A stretch of DNA of 15,287 nt from a candidate division WOR-3 bacterium (GTDB lineage Bacteria; Hydrothermota; Tepidihabitantia; Tepidihabitantales; Tepidihabitantaceae): contig CBFGIY010000059.1 of assembly GCA_965648935.1 (NCBI GenBank), forward strand, positions 1 to 15,287, given 5' to 3'. The position numbers were made by a program, and so were the translations under genes. Below, in pieces: positions 1 to 6,498 of the stretch. How positions within the stretch are numbered: position 1 is the first letter of the stretch; the number at the start of each line of letters is the position of its first letter. The notes below the pieces were generated by a model that saw nothing but the letters and a program-made list of their open reading frames with translations, had not been told where the DNA came from and searched no databases.

Positions 1-32
1 ACAAGGACCGCGACGCCGAAAACAGGCAGTAG
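1..32 (+). CDS. Possible 3' end of an upstream gene (…KDRDAENRQ*), truncated by the window edge
   Basis: Open frame 3-29 ending in TAG at 30-32, followed by a strong hairpin at 54-87. Too short to identify. Confidence 0.3.
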   Translation, partial: KDRDAENRQ

Positions 33-53
33 CAACCGGCCCGGGCTGAAGCA

Positions 54-87
54 GTCGGCGCAACCTGCGCGCCGGGGTTGCGCCGGC
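54..87. terminator. GC-rich inverted repeat (possible terminator of the upstream gene, or an operator) overlapping the downstream -35 box
   Basis: GTCGGCGCAACC (54-65) pairs with GGTTGCGCCGGC (76-87), 12 bp with one G-U. No U-tract follows. Confidence 0.4.
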
Positions 88-106
88 GGGTCCGCGCTGC
101 TACAAT
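78..106 (+). promoter_or_regulatory. Sigma70-type promoter for the riboswitch/antiporter transcript
   Basis: TTGCGC (78-83), 17 bp spacer, TACAAT (101-106) with extended -10 TG at 98-99. Predicted start ~112-113, just before the aptamer. Confidence 0.75.
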
Positions 107-116
107 CACGCTGTCT

Positions 117-168
117 CGGGGATGGAGTCCCCCGCGCAAAACCGCCCGGGCGGGCTGATGACTCCTGC
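117..168 (+). ncRNA. Fluoride riboswitch (crcB RNA motif)
   Basis: CGGGG-ATGGAGTC-CCCCG forms P1 with the conserved AUGG loop. It is followed by AAACCGC, a small GCCC/GGGC P2 hairpin (144-155) and GCTGATGACTCCTGC. The pseudoknot is GGAGTC (124-129) with GACTCC (160-165). This matches the crcB consensus pattern GGnGAUGGnGUnC…AAAC…GCUrAUGACnCCUrC and lies between a promoter and a transporter gene. Confidence 0.92.
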
Positions 169-232
169 ACAACGCCGGACCGCCGAGCGCGTCCGGCTGG
201 ACCGAGTGGGACCGCAACCCGTGGAGGACTCC

Positions 233-1468
233 GTGCAGGAGACGTTCGCAACCGCCGCGCTGTGGCTTGGCCTTGCCGTCGGCGCGACAATCATCGCCAA
301 TCATCTCAGGATATCCATAGCGCTGGTGGAGATCTGCGTCGGCGTCGCGGCCGGCGCAATCGCGACCCGATTCTTCGGCCCGGACGCGCTCGGGGCGAAC
401 GCCGAGTGGCTGCGGTTTCTCGCCGCGGCTGGCGCGGTGCTGCTCACGTTCCTGGCCGGGGCCGAGCTCGAACCGGCGATACTGCGCCGCAAGCTGGGCG
501 AGGTGACCGCCATCGGGCTGGTCGGTTTCTTCGCGCCGTTTCTCGGCTGCACCGCGCTGGCCCACTTCCTGCTCCACTGGACCTGGCGCTCGAGCCTGCT
601 GGCCGGCATCGCGCTCTCGACGACCTCGATGGCCGTGGTCTACGCCGTGATGCTGGAAACGGGTTTCAACAAGACCGAGTTCGGCAAGGGCATACTCGGC
701 GCGTGCTTCGTCAACGACCTGGGCACGGTACTGGCGCTGGGGTTCATCTTTGCGCCGTTCACTCTGCGCACCGCGGTCTTCGCGGTCGCCGCGGCCGCGG
801 TCCTCGCCTCGTGGCCGTTCCTCACCCGCCGGCTCGCCCGGCGCTACGCCTACCGCACCGCGGCGGTGCGGGCGAAGTGGGTGAACCTCGGCCTGTTCGG
901 GCTGGGCGCGCTGGCGCTGTGGGCGGGCAGCGAGGCGGTGCTGCCGGCCTACCTGCTGGGGATGACCCTGGCCGGCACCGAGGCGATGGACCACGATTTC
1001 GTCCGCCGGCTGCGCAGCCTGACGGTCGGGTTCCTCACGCCGTTTTACTTCATACGCGCCGGCGCGCTGGTGTCGCTGCCCGCTCTCGTGTCGGCCCCGC
1101 TGGTGTTTCTCGCGTTGCTGGGCGGCAAGGTCGCGACCAAGATTCTCGGGCTGTTTCCGGTCATCGCGAAGTTCCGGCGCGAGAACCGCGAGCGCTGGTA
1201 TTACACGCTGATGATGTCCACCGGGCTGACCTTCGGGACCATAGCGGCGCTGTACGGCTACTCGCACGGCATTGTCGATGCCGCGCAGTACTCTTTTCTC
1301 GTCGCCGCGGTCATCGCCAGCGCGGTCGTGCCCACCGCTATAGCGTCGCTCGCTTTTCTGCCGCGTCACCTCCTGCCCGATGTCGATACGATGGGCCAGC
1401 CCGAGGGCGCGCGCGGCGACGTGCGGCTGGTGCCCGATGCCGAAGAAGAAGAACCGGATGCGAGCTAG
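233..1468 (+). CDS. Cation:proton antiporter (CPA / Na+/H+ exchanger superfamily, Kef/CPA2-like), 411 aa
   Basis: About 12-13 hydrophobic segments; motifs LLTFLAGAELE, ALSTTSMAVV, CFVNDLGTV, FLTPFYFIRAG and GGKVATK. Start reassigned to in-frame GTG 233 with GGAGG at 223-227, because the ORF-track ATG 122 lies inside the riboswitch. Confidence 0.9.
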   Translation: MQETFATAALWLGLAVGATIIANHLRISIALVEICVGVAAGAIATRFFGPDALGANAEWLRFLAAAGAVLLTFLAGAELEPAILRRKLGEVTAIGLVGFFAPFLGCTALAHFLLHWTWRSSLLAGIALSTTSMAVVYAVMLETGFNKTEFGKGILGACFVNDLGTVLALGFIFAPFTLRTAVFAVAAAAVLASWPFLTRRLARRYAYRTAAVRAKWVNLGLFGLGALALWAGSEAVLPAYLLGMTLAGTEAMDHDFVRRLRSLTVGFLTPFYFIRAGALVSLPALVSAPLVFLALLGGKVATKILGLFPVIAKFRRENRERWYYTLMMSTGLTFGTIAALYGYSHGIVDAAQYSFLVAAVIASAVVPTAIASLAFLPRHLLPDVDTMGQPEGARGDVRLVPDAEEEEPDAS

Positions 1469-1516
1469 CTACCCGCGCGGGCAGCGTGCGCTCGCAAACG
1501 GTCGGTCCCATGCCTG

Positions 1517-1753
1517 TTGAGCGGGGTAGAAGTGACGGTACTGCCGCTGCTGGCGCTGCTGGGAACCGTGTTCGGGCTGCTGGGCGGGACGACCGCGTTC
1601 ATCATTATCTACACCAAGTACCAGCGCCACGGGTTCACCGGCCGGCAGCTGCTGGGCGAGGCGTTGCGCGCGGGCGTGATCGCTGTCCTGGTGCTGCTGG
1701 GTTCGGCGCTGGCCGCCGGGCTGGTGATATCCCGTCTTGGCCAGAGGCTCTAG
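1517..1753 (+). CDS. Small hypothetical membrane protein (2 TM helices)
   Basis: Two hydrophobic stretches flank a basic loop (YTKYQRHGFTGRQ). Codon usage is GC3-rich and the stop lies 1 nt before the next ATG. The start may instead be GTG 1532. Confidence 0.65.
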   Translation: MSGVEVTVLPLLALLGTVFGLLGGTTAFIIIYTKYQRHGFTGRQLLGEALRAGVIAVLVLLGSALAAGLVISRLGQRL

Positions 1754-1754
1754 G

Positions 1755-2960
1755 ATGATCGAGCTGACCTGGCATGAACTGCTCGACGCGCTGCCCAACG
1801 GCTGTCCGGTCTGTCTGGTCGTCGGCTGCAATACCGAGCGCGCCGTGGAGAACCTGCTCCACGAGCATGTGACCGACCCGGGCACCCGCCGGCGTCTGCG
1901 GCTGTCGGTCGGGTTCTGCAACCGGCACGCCTGGCAGGTGCAGACCCACGGCGACGTGCTCGGCCAGACAGTCATCTACGAGGATCTGCTTGCCTCGGTC
2001 GACGCTGAGCTGGCCCGGGGCCGGCGGCCCGCGCCGCGCCGTGCCTGCCTACTGTGCGAGGAGGAAGCGCGCCTTGAGCGGGACTGCATCGGCGCGCTGG
2101 TCGAACGCTTCCGCACCCCCGATTTCCAGCAACGCTATCGCGACTCGCCCGGGATATGCCTGCCCCATCTGGCGATGGCGCTGGGTGCGGCGCGCGACGC
2201 CGCCCTGCGAGCCGAGCTGGCCGAAGCGAAACGGGAGCGCTTGGCCGTCGTGCTGCAGGACCTGGCCGAGGCCCGGCGCCGGCAGGACTACCGCTTCTGC
2301 CGCGAGCCTGAGGGCAGAGAGCGCGGCGCTTGGCTCAGGGCGATCGAGAAGCTGTGCGGGCGGCCCGGCACGCGCTCGCTGGCGGTCCGGGGCCGGCCCG
2401 GCAGGGAAGCCCGGGAGCTCCAGGGTGCGGCACGACAGGAGCGGCGAGGAACGGCCCGGCCGCTGCCCGGCCTGCGGCGAGCCGATGGACCCGGCCCAGT
2501 TTTCCTGCTTCGCCTGCGGATCCCGCTGCGACGAGTCCGTGCCGCCGCCGCGAAGGCGGCTGAGCATCGCCGTTCCGATTGTGGCGGCCGCGACCCTGCT
2601 GGCCGGCGCGGGTGCTGTGCTGATGTTGCGTCCTGCCGGGCGGTCCGCGGCAAAGGCGCCGGCCGAGGCATCGGACTGGCAGAGGCAGTCACCGCTCACG
2701 GCGGGCCAGCGCGAACTGCTGCTGGACTGCCGGCGGAGTGTCGCCGACCTGCTCGTCCGCGCGGCGCGGCTCCGGCGACACCTGTCCGAGAACAGCGCGA
2801 CGCGCGACAGCGCCGCAGCGGCGGTCGAATGGGCCGAGGCGCACCTCGCTGTTACCCGCCGGATGGCGCTTGCGCTTGCCGCCTGTGCCGACTCAGAGGC
2901 GCTGCCCGAAGCAGAGCGTTTCCTGGAGGAGCGGCTGGCCAAGGCCGGCGCGCGGCTTGA
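1755..2960 (+). CDS. DUF6062-like protein with two CxxC…CxxH putative zinc sites; the recognisable part ends near 2400-2435 and the rest appears to be read-through
   Basis: ATG 1755 is coupled to the upstream stop. Motifs: CPVC, GFCNRHAW, CLLC, GICLPH, and C-terminal WLRAIEKLCG. After ~2435 the frame becomes Arg/Gly/Ala-rich and overlaps another credible gene. The family assignment is from memory of its motifs. Confidence 0.7.
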   Translation: MIELTWHELLDALPNGCPVCLVVGCNTERAVENLLHEHVTDPGTRRRLRLSVGFCNRHAWQVQTHGDVLGQTVIYEDLLASVDAELARGRRPAPRRACLLCEEEARLERDCIGALVERFRTPDFQQRYRDSPGICLPHLAMALGAARDAALRAELAEAKRERLAVVLQDLAEARRRQDYRFCREPEGRERGAWLRAIEKLCGRPGTRSLAVRGRPGREARELQGAARQERRGTARPLPGLRRADGPGPVFLLRLRIPLRRVRAAAAKAAEHRRSDCGGRDPAGRRGCCADVASCRAVRGKGAGRGIGLAEAVTAHGGPARTAAGLPAECRRPARPRGAAPATPVREQRDARQRRSGGRMGRGAPRCYPPDGACACRLCRLRGAARSRAFPGGAAGQGRRAA

Positions 2961-2976
2961 GCGTTGGGAGCGGTGA
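2425..2976 (+). CDS. Zinc-ribbon membrane-anchored hypothetical protein (~183 aa)
   Basis: 3' part of ORF 1990..2976. GTG 2425 is preceded by GGGAG (2413-2417). CPACG-x9-CFACG zinc ribbon, Pro/Arg linker, TM helix LSIAVPIVAAATLLAGAGAVLML, then a helical domain. Confidence 0.7.
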   Translation: MRHDRSGEERPGRCPACGEPMDPAQFSCFACGSRCDESVPPPRRRLSIAVPIVAAATLLAGAGAVLMLRPAGRSAAKAPAEASDWQRQSPLTAGQRELLLDCRRSVADLLVRAARLRRHLSENSATRDSAAAAVEWAEAHLAVTRRMALALAACADSEALPEAERFLEERLAKAGARLERWER

Positions 2977-3081
2977 CGCGGGATTCGCTACCGGTTCTGC
3001 CTGAGCAGCACAGTTTGCGGCGCGGTGATGGCGCGCTTTGCCTCGCGCCGCCGACTGCAGCCTGACATCTACCGGCAATGC

Positions 3082-3107
3082 AGGCGGCGGGCAGGTGCCC
3101 GCCGCCT
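3082..3107. terminator. Hairpin between convergent genes, probable terminator
   Basis: AGGCGGCGGGC / GCCCGCCGCCT perfect 11-bp stem with AGGT loop, 20 nt beyond the stop of the minus-strand gene. Poly-U is weak. Confidence 0.6.
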
Positions 3108-3126
3108 TACTGGCTGACGTTCGCCG

Positions 3127-4806
3127 TTAGCGTGTGACCACGAACCGGCGCGCCGCCGACTGTCCGGCCGAGCGCAGCCGCAACAGGTACACGCCCGGCT
3201 CCACGGTCGCGCTGTTCCAGTTCACCGAGTGGCCGCCGGTGCCCATCGTGGCTGACGCCATCTCTGCCACCTGCCGGCCGGCGACGTCGAAGACCGCCAG
3301 CTCGACCGGCCCGGCCAATGGCACTGCGAAGCGTATCGTCGCCCGGCCGACGACCGGGTTGGGCAGTATCTCAAGCCGCGCCATCGCCGGTGACGGTTCT
3401 GGCCGTTCGGCTACCGCGGTCGGGTTGTCGTAGTAGTCAATCCAGACCTTGTCGCTGCCGTACTGCCGGTAGGCGACCGCCCGGCCGTTAGTCGAAGTCG
3501 GCGCGTCGATGACGCTCGGGAACGCGCCGGTACCCTGGTGGTCATTGATCACGACCCATCCCGCGTGCCCCCACGTGTCCGAGTTCGCGGCGTGGCTGTA
3601 AGCCGTCTTCACCGAGTCGAATGCGCCACAGAGCGTCGCCGACGCGACGACCATCGGCACAGCGTAGTCGTACGGGTAGCGCAGGGTCGGCCAGCGCATA
3701 TCCCACTCGGTTCGGGGTGGTTCGTTGGTCGGCGGCCAGGGGCGGGTGGCCCAGGTCGCGCCGCCGTCGGTCGAGAAAGACACGTGCAGGTCGTAGTTGC
3801 CGTTGGTGTGCTTGTGACGGTTGAGAATCCACGCCTTCTGGCTCGCGCCCGGCGCGTTGCGCGCCGCGGCCACCGACGGCTGGTAGGCAAAGTCCCCGGC
3901 CACGCTATCCGGGTGGTTGAACACGTAGCTCGGGCTTACTAGGTTGTTGGTGTAGCGGCCGACCCAGGGCGTCACGTCGTTGTCGATCCAGCAGAGGTAG
4001 ACATAGCCGTCGCCCCCGGCGCAGACCGAAGTCGGCGTCGCGGCCCCGCTGTGAACGCTGCGGCCGTTGGTCCACGTCGCGCCGTCGTCGTACGACGCGA
4101 ACAGCCGAAGCAGCGAGTAGTCGGGCGGGTTCTGCCAGTAGGCCAGAAACATCGCCGGCGAACCCTCGATGTTGCGGTCCACGTCGAACCGGCGCACCGA
4201 GTCGCCGCGGATTATGTACTGCCAGGTGTTGCCGGTCCCGTCCGCGCGCAGCTTGCGGCAATACAGCCCGCCGCCCGAGGTAGAGTAGTGCACGAACATG
4301 TACACCCACGGGTTCGCGCCGGCCCCGACAAGCACCTTGCCGTCGACGATCGTGTCGCTGCCTGACAGGTTGACGCTGACCGACCACAACTGCCAGGTCA
4401 CACCCTCGTCGGTGCTGCGGTACACCCGGAAAGTGTCCTGCGGCGCGCTCGACCAGTTCATCACGCCGACGTAGATGTCGCCGTTTGCGGCGTGGTCGAT
4501 GGACAGACGGCCGTGGTCACCGGGAAACGGGCTACCGCTGTGCACCAGCACATCATTGCCCCAGTCAGGCTCGAACGGGCGCGAAGGCTTGATCGGTTCG
4601 GCAGTCCGGGCCGGGGCGAGCGCGCAGTTGTCGACCTCGTCGAGGTAGCGCACCGTCCCGATCGGTGGGTTGTTGTCGGTATCGATACCCTGGCCCGTCT
4701 CGCACAGAGCGGCTCGCACGACCACGGCGAACGCCGGATCGTTGGCCTGGTCCGCTGCCGCCGGCACAGCCAGCAGCGCCGCGGCAAGCATCACTGCATC
4801 GATCAT
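3127..4806 (-). CDS. Secreted Asp-box (BNR) beta-propeller protein with C-terminal T9SS type A / FlgD-Ig-like sorting domain, 559 aa
   Basis: Signal peptide (…LLAVPAAA-D). Asp-boxes RSTDEGVTW, ASYDDGATW and FSTDGGATW. C-terminus PNP…FDVAGRQV…WN…PGVYLLRL…RFVVTR. RBS AGGAGGAG precedes the ATG. Confidence 0.85.
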   Translation of the reverse strand: MIDAVMLAAALLAVPAAADQANDPAFAVVVRAALCETGQGIDTDNNPPIGTVRYLDEVDNCALAPARTAEPIKPSRPFEPDWGNDVLVHSGSPFPGDHGRLSIDHAANGDIYVGVMNWSSAPQDTFRVYRSTDEGVTWQLWSVSVNLSGSDTIVDGKVLVGAGANPWVYMFVHYSTSGGGLYCRKLRADGTGNTWQYIIRGDSVRRFDVDRNIEGSPAMFLAYWQNPPDYSLLRLFASYDDGATWTNGRSVHSGAATPTSVCAGGDGYVYLCWIDNDVTPWVGRYTNNLVSPSYVFNHPDSVAGDFAYQPSVAAARNAPGASQKAWILNRHKHTNGNYDLHVSFSTDGGATWATRPWPPTNEPPRTEWDMRWPTLRYPYDYAVPMVVASATLCGAFDSVKTAYSHAANSDTWGHAGWVVINDHQGTGAFPSVIDAPTSTNGRAVAYRQYGSDKVWIDYYDNPTAVAERPEPSPAMARLEILPNPVVGRATIRFAVPLAGPVELAVFDVAGRQVAEMASATMGTGGHSVNWNSATVEPGVYLLRLRSAGQSAARRFVVTR

Positions 4807-4835
4807 GGCTCCTCCTGTTCTCCTTTAGACGATTG

Positions 4836-4865
4836 ATTGTATGGCGCGGCCTCACTGAATGTCAA
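4836..4865 (-). promoter_or_regulatory. Sigma70-type promoter for the 3127..4806 gene
   Basis: On the minus strand: TTGACA (4865-4860), 18 bp spacer, TACAAT (4841-4836), ~30 nt upstream of the ATG. Confidence 0.75.
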
Positions 4866-5071
4866 TAGCCCTCTGCACGAACAGCGACTGGCAGCAGGGA
4901 AGCCAGGGATGCTGTCCGAAGAGCTCGCCGCGCCGCGCGCAGGCGTCACCGGGCCCGGTCTGTGCGCGGCCTGACACGATGACGGCATGATGAAATTGCC
5001 CTCAGGCTGACAATGACAACGCAACGGGCAGATTCGTATAACCCATTGTTAGAATATCGTTTAAGCCGCTA

Positions 5072-5099
5072 TTGACAATGTGGCGGAGTGTATTACGGT
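5072..5099 (+). promoter_or_regulatory. Probable sigma70 promoter for the lipoprotein transcript
   Basis: Perfect TTGACA (5072-5077) in a locally AT-rich patch; best -10 is TACGGT (5094-5099, 16 bp spacer). An imperfect inverted repeat CCGCTATTG-A-CAATGTGGCGG surrounds the -35. Confidence 0.45.
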
Positions 5100-5426
5100 T
5101 AATCGCATACCTGACTGGAACTGGCGGGTGGGGGCTGGCAAAGTCTGTGGGATCTATACAGTTCTGATTGTCCCGTCGAGAACAACCTAGCGAGGCGGCA
5201 CCGCCTTGTGAACGTCGGCGCGCTCCGGGTGCCCGGGCGCGATGGAGAATCAGGCAGCAGTATGCGAGAGAGGTGATGCGATGCGCCGAACGCCTCTGTT
5301 TGTGGGCGCGTCACAGAGGGGCTTGCTTTGCAGGCCCGAGAGATGGGGGGTCGTGAAGAGAGCGGTGCGTGGTTTCGTGGAGGTATCCCGCCCCGCACCA
5401 GTCAACAAGATGCATCGGAGGAGACC

Positions 5427-6425
5427 GTGAGGAATCTGAGAGCAATCACATTGCCCGTGTTCGCGCTCGCCGTGGCGGTCGGTGTAGTGGGCTGCGACAG
5501 AATCTGGCAGTCTCCCGAGTCCGAGATCGGCGCGGCCGTGATCCACATGTTCCAGCCGCTGTATGGCGGTCAGAACATCGAGGTGGGCAACGTTGAGGTC
5601 TGGAACGATGACTACAACCTGTTCGTGAAGTTCAACATCACTGCGGATGACTGGTTCTTGTCTGCTACCGCGGTCCACGTGGCGCTGTTTCCTCAGAACA
5701 TACCGCAGACCAAGACCGGTAATCCGATCCCGGGCAAGTTCGCCTACAAGGTGACCCACAGCCCGTATGTGACGAGCTACACCTACACCATCCCGCTGCC
5801 CGCGACATTCGGCCAGCAGGTCGCCATCGCGACTCATGCTAACCTGGTCAGGGTTGTGAACGGCACCGTCGTTCAGACCGAAACGGGCTGGGCCGGACCG
5901 AACCAGTTCCCCGGCGCGAACTGGGCTACCTGGTTCTGGTACACCATCCAGCGTGACGGTGATGAAGAACACTACCGTGAAGAGACGGCGTGGGGTTACG
6001 ACATCACGAACCCTGCCTGGTTCTTCAAGCCCGACTACTCGACCAAGTGGGGCGGGGTCATCCCGCACACCCTTGGCTCGACCACATTGGTTGACCTGTG
6101 GGCCGGTGCCGGCAACAACGTGCCGGCCAATGGTACCGTGGTCGGTACGGTCACGGTCACCGATGACGTTGTGAACGGAGTGGGCAACGTCTACGTGCGC
6201 TTTGATCTGGTCAGCGGCTGCAAGGTCTCGACAACCCACGTTGGGGCTGACGCGACCATCGCTCTGCTCGCTGCGAACAGCAACGGGTTCGCGCCCGGCC
6301 AGTTCGCATCGGTTGAGACACACACCCCGTGGGTAACGACCTGCACCCATACACTGATCTACGACGCCGACTGGGGTTCCAGCTTCGTCGTCGGCGCGCA
6401 CGCGGACGTGCACATTCTCCAGTAG
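5427..6425 (+). CDS. Lipoprotein of unknown function with two related beta-rich domains, 332 aa
   Basis: Start reassigned to GTG 5427 (GGAGG at 5417-5421), giving MRNLR + hydrophobic core + lipobox VVG-C23. Internal repeats: LYGGQ…VGNVEV / LWAGAG…VGTVTV, PGKF / PGQF, IATHANL / VGAHADV, ETGW / ETAW. Confidence 0.85.
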   Translation: MRNLRAITLPVFALAVAVGVVGCDRIWQSPESEIGAAVIHMFQPLYGGQNIEVGNVEVWNDDYNLFVKFNITADDWFLSATAVHVALFPQNIPQTKTGNPIPGKFAYKVTHSPYVTSYTYTIPLPATFGQQVAIATHANLVRVVNGTVVQTETGWAGPNQFPGANWATWFWYTIQRDGDEEHYREETAWGYDITNPAWFFKPDYSTKWGGVIPHTLGSTTLVDLWAGAGNNVPANGTVVGTVTVTDDVVNGVGNVYVRFDLVSGCKVSTTHVGADATIALLAANSNGFAPGQFASVETHTPWVTTCTHTLIYDADWGSSFVVGAHADVHILQ

Positions 6426-6440
6426 CGACCAGCTTCGCGC

Positions 6441-6487
6441 GAAACGTCTCACCGGAGGATGGCATGCCCTCCTCCGGTGAGCGTTTC
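6441..6487. terminator. Long hairpin between convergent genes, likely bidirectional terminator
   Basis: GAAACG-t-CTCACCGGAGGA … TCCTCCGGTGAG-CGTTTC, an 18-bp stem with one bulge, located between stops at 6425 and 6499. Confidence 0.75.
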
Positions 6488-6498
6488 CAGCCCCGGCG

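Noticed and set aside
122..232. ORF-track N-terminal extension of the antiporter from ATG 122
   Set aside because: That ATG is the conserved AUGG of the riboswitch loop. The extension is hydrophilic, and a good SD precedes GTG 233.
262..1758. 498-aa alternate-frame ORF over the antiporter
   Set aside because: Arg/Gly-rich shadow frame typical of high-GC coding DNA, with no motifs.
1990..2424. 5' part of ORF 1990..2976
   Set aside because: Overlaps the motif-bearing DUF6062-like frame and reads as shadow sequence; the credible protein starts at GTG 2425.
4816..4825. AAGGAGAACA shared with 14013-14022
   Set aside because: Explained by Shine-Dalgarno sequence plus an A-rich spacer; too short to imply a separate element.
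5111..5175. Resemblance to c-di-GMP-I (GCAAAG…GGG.TCTA) and ZTP (TGACTGG…GTGG) riboswitch fragments
   Set aside because: No GNRA-capped P2 or upstream GGCAAA for c-di-GMP-I, and no 3' GCC…CGCCUGGG hairpin for ZTP.
5264..5300. GAGAG…CGCCGAA resembling a glycine riboswitch
   Set aside because: Lacks the following GG/GCAA and CUCUCAGG elements, and the gene context is unrelated.
5328..5426. ORF-track extension of the lipoprotein from TTG 5328
   Set aside because: It would bury the signal peptide; GTG 5427 has an SD and gives a canonical lipoprotein signal.
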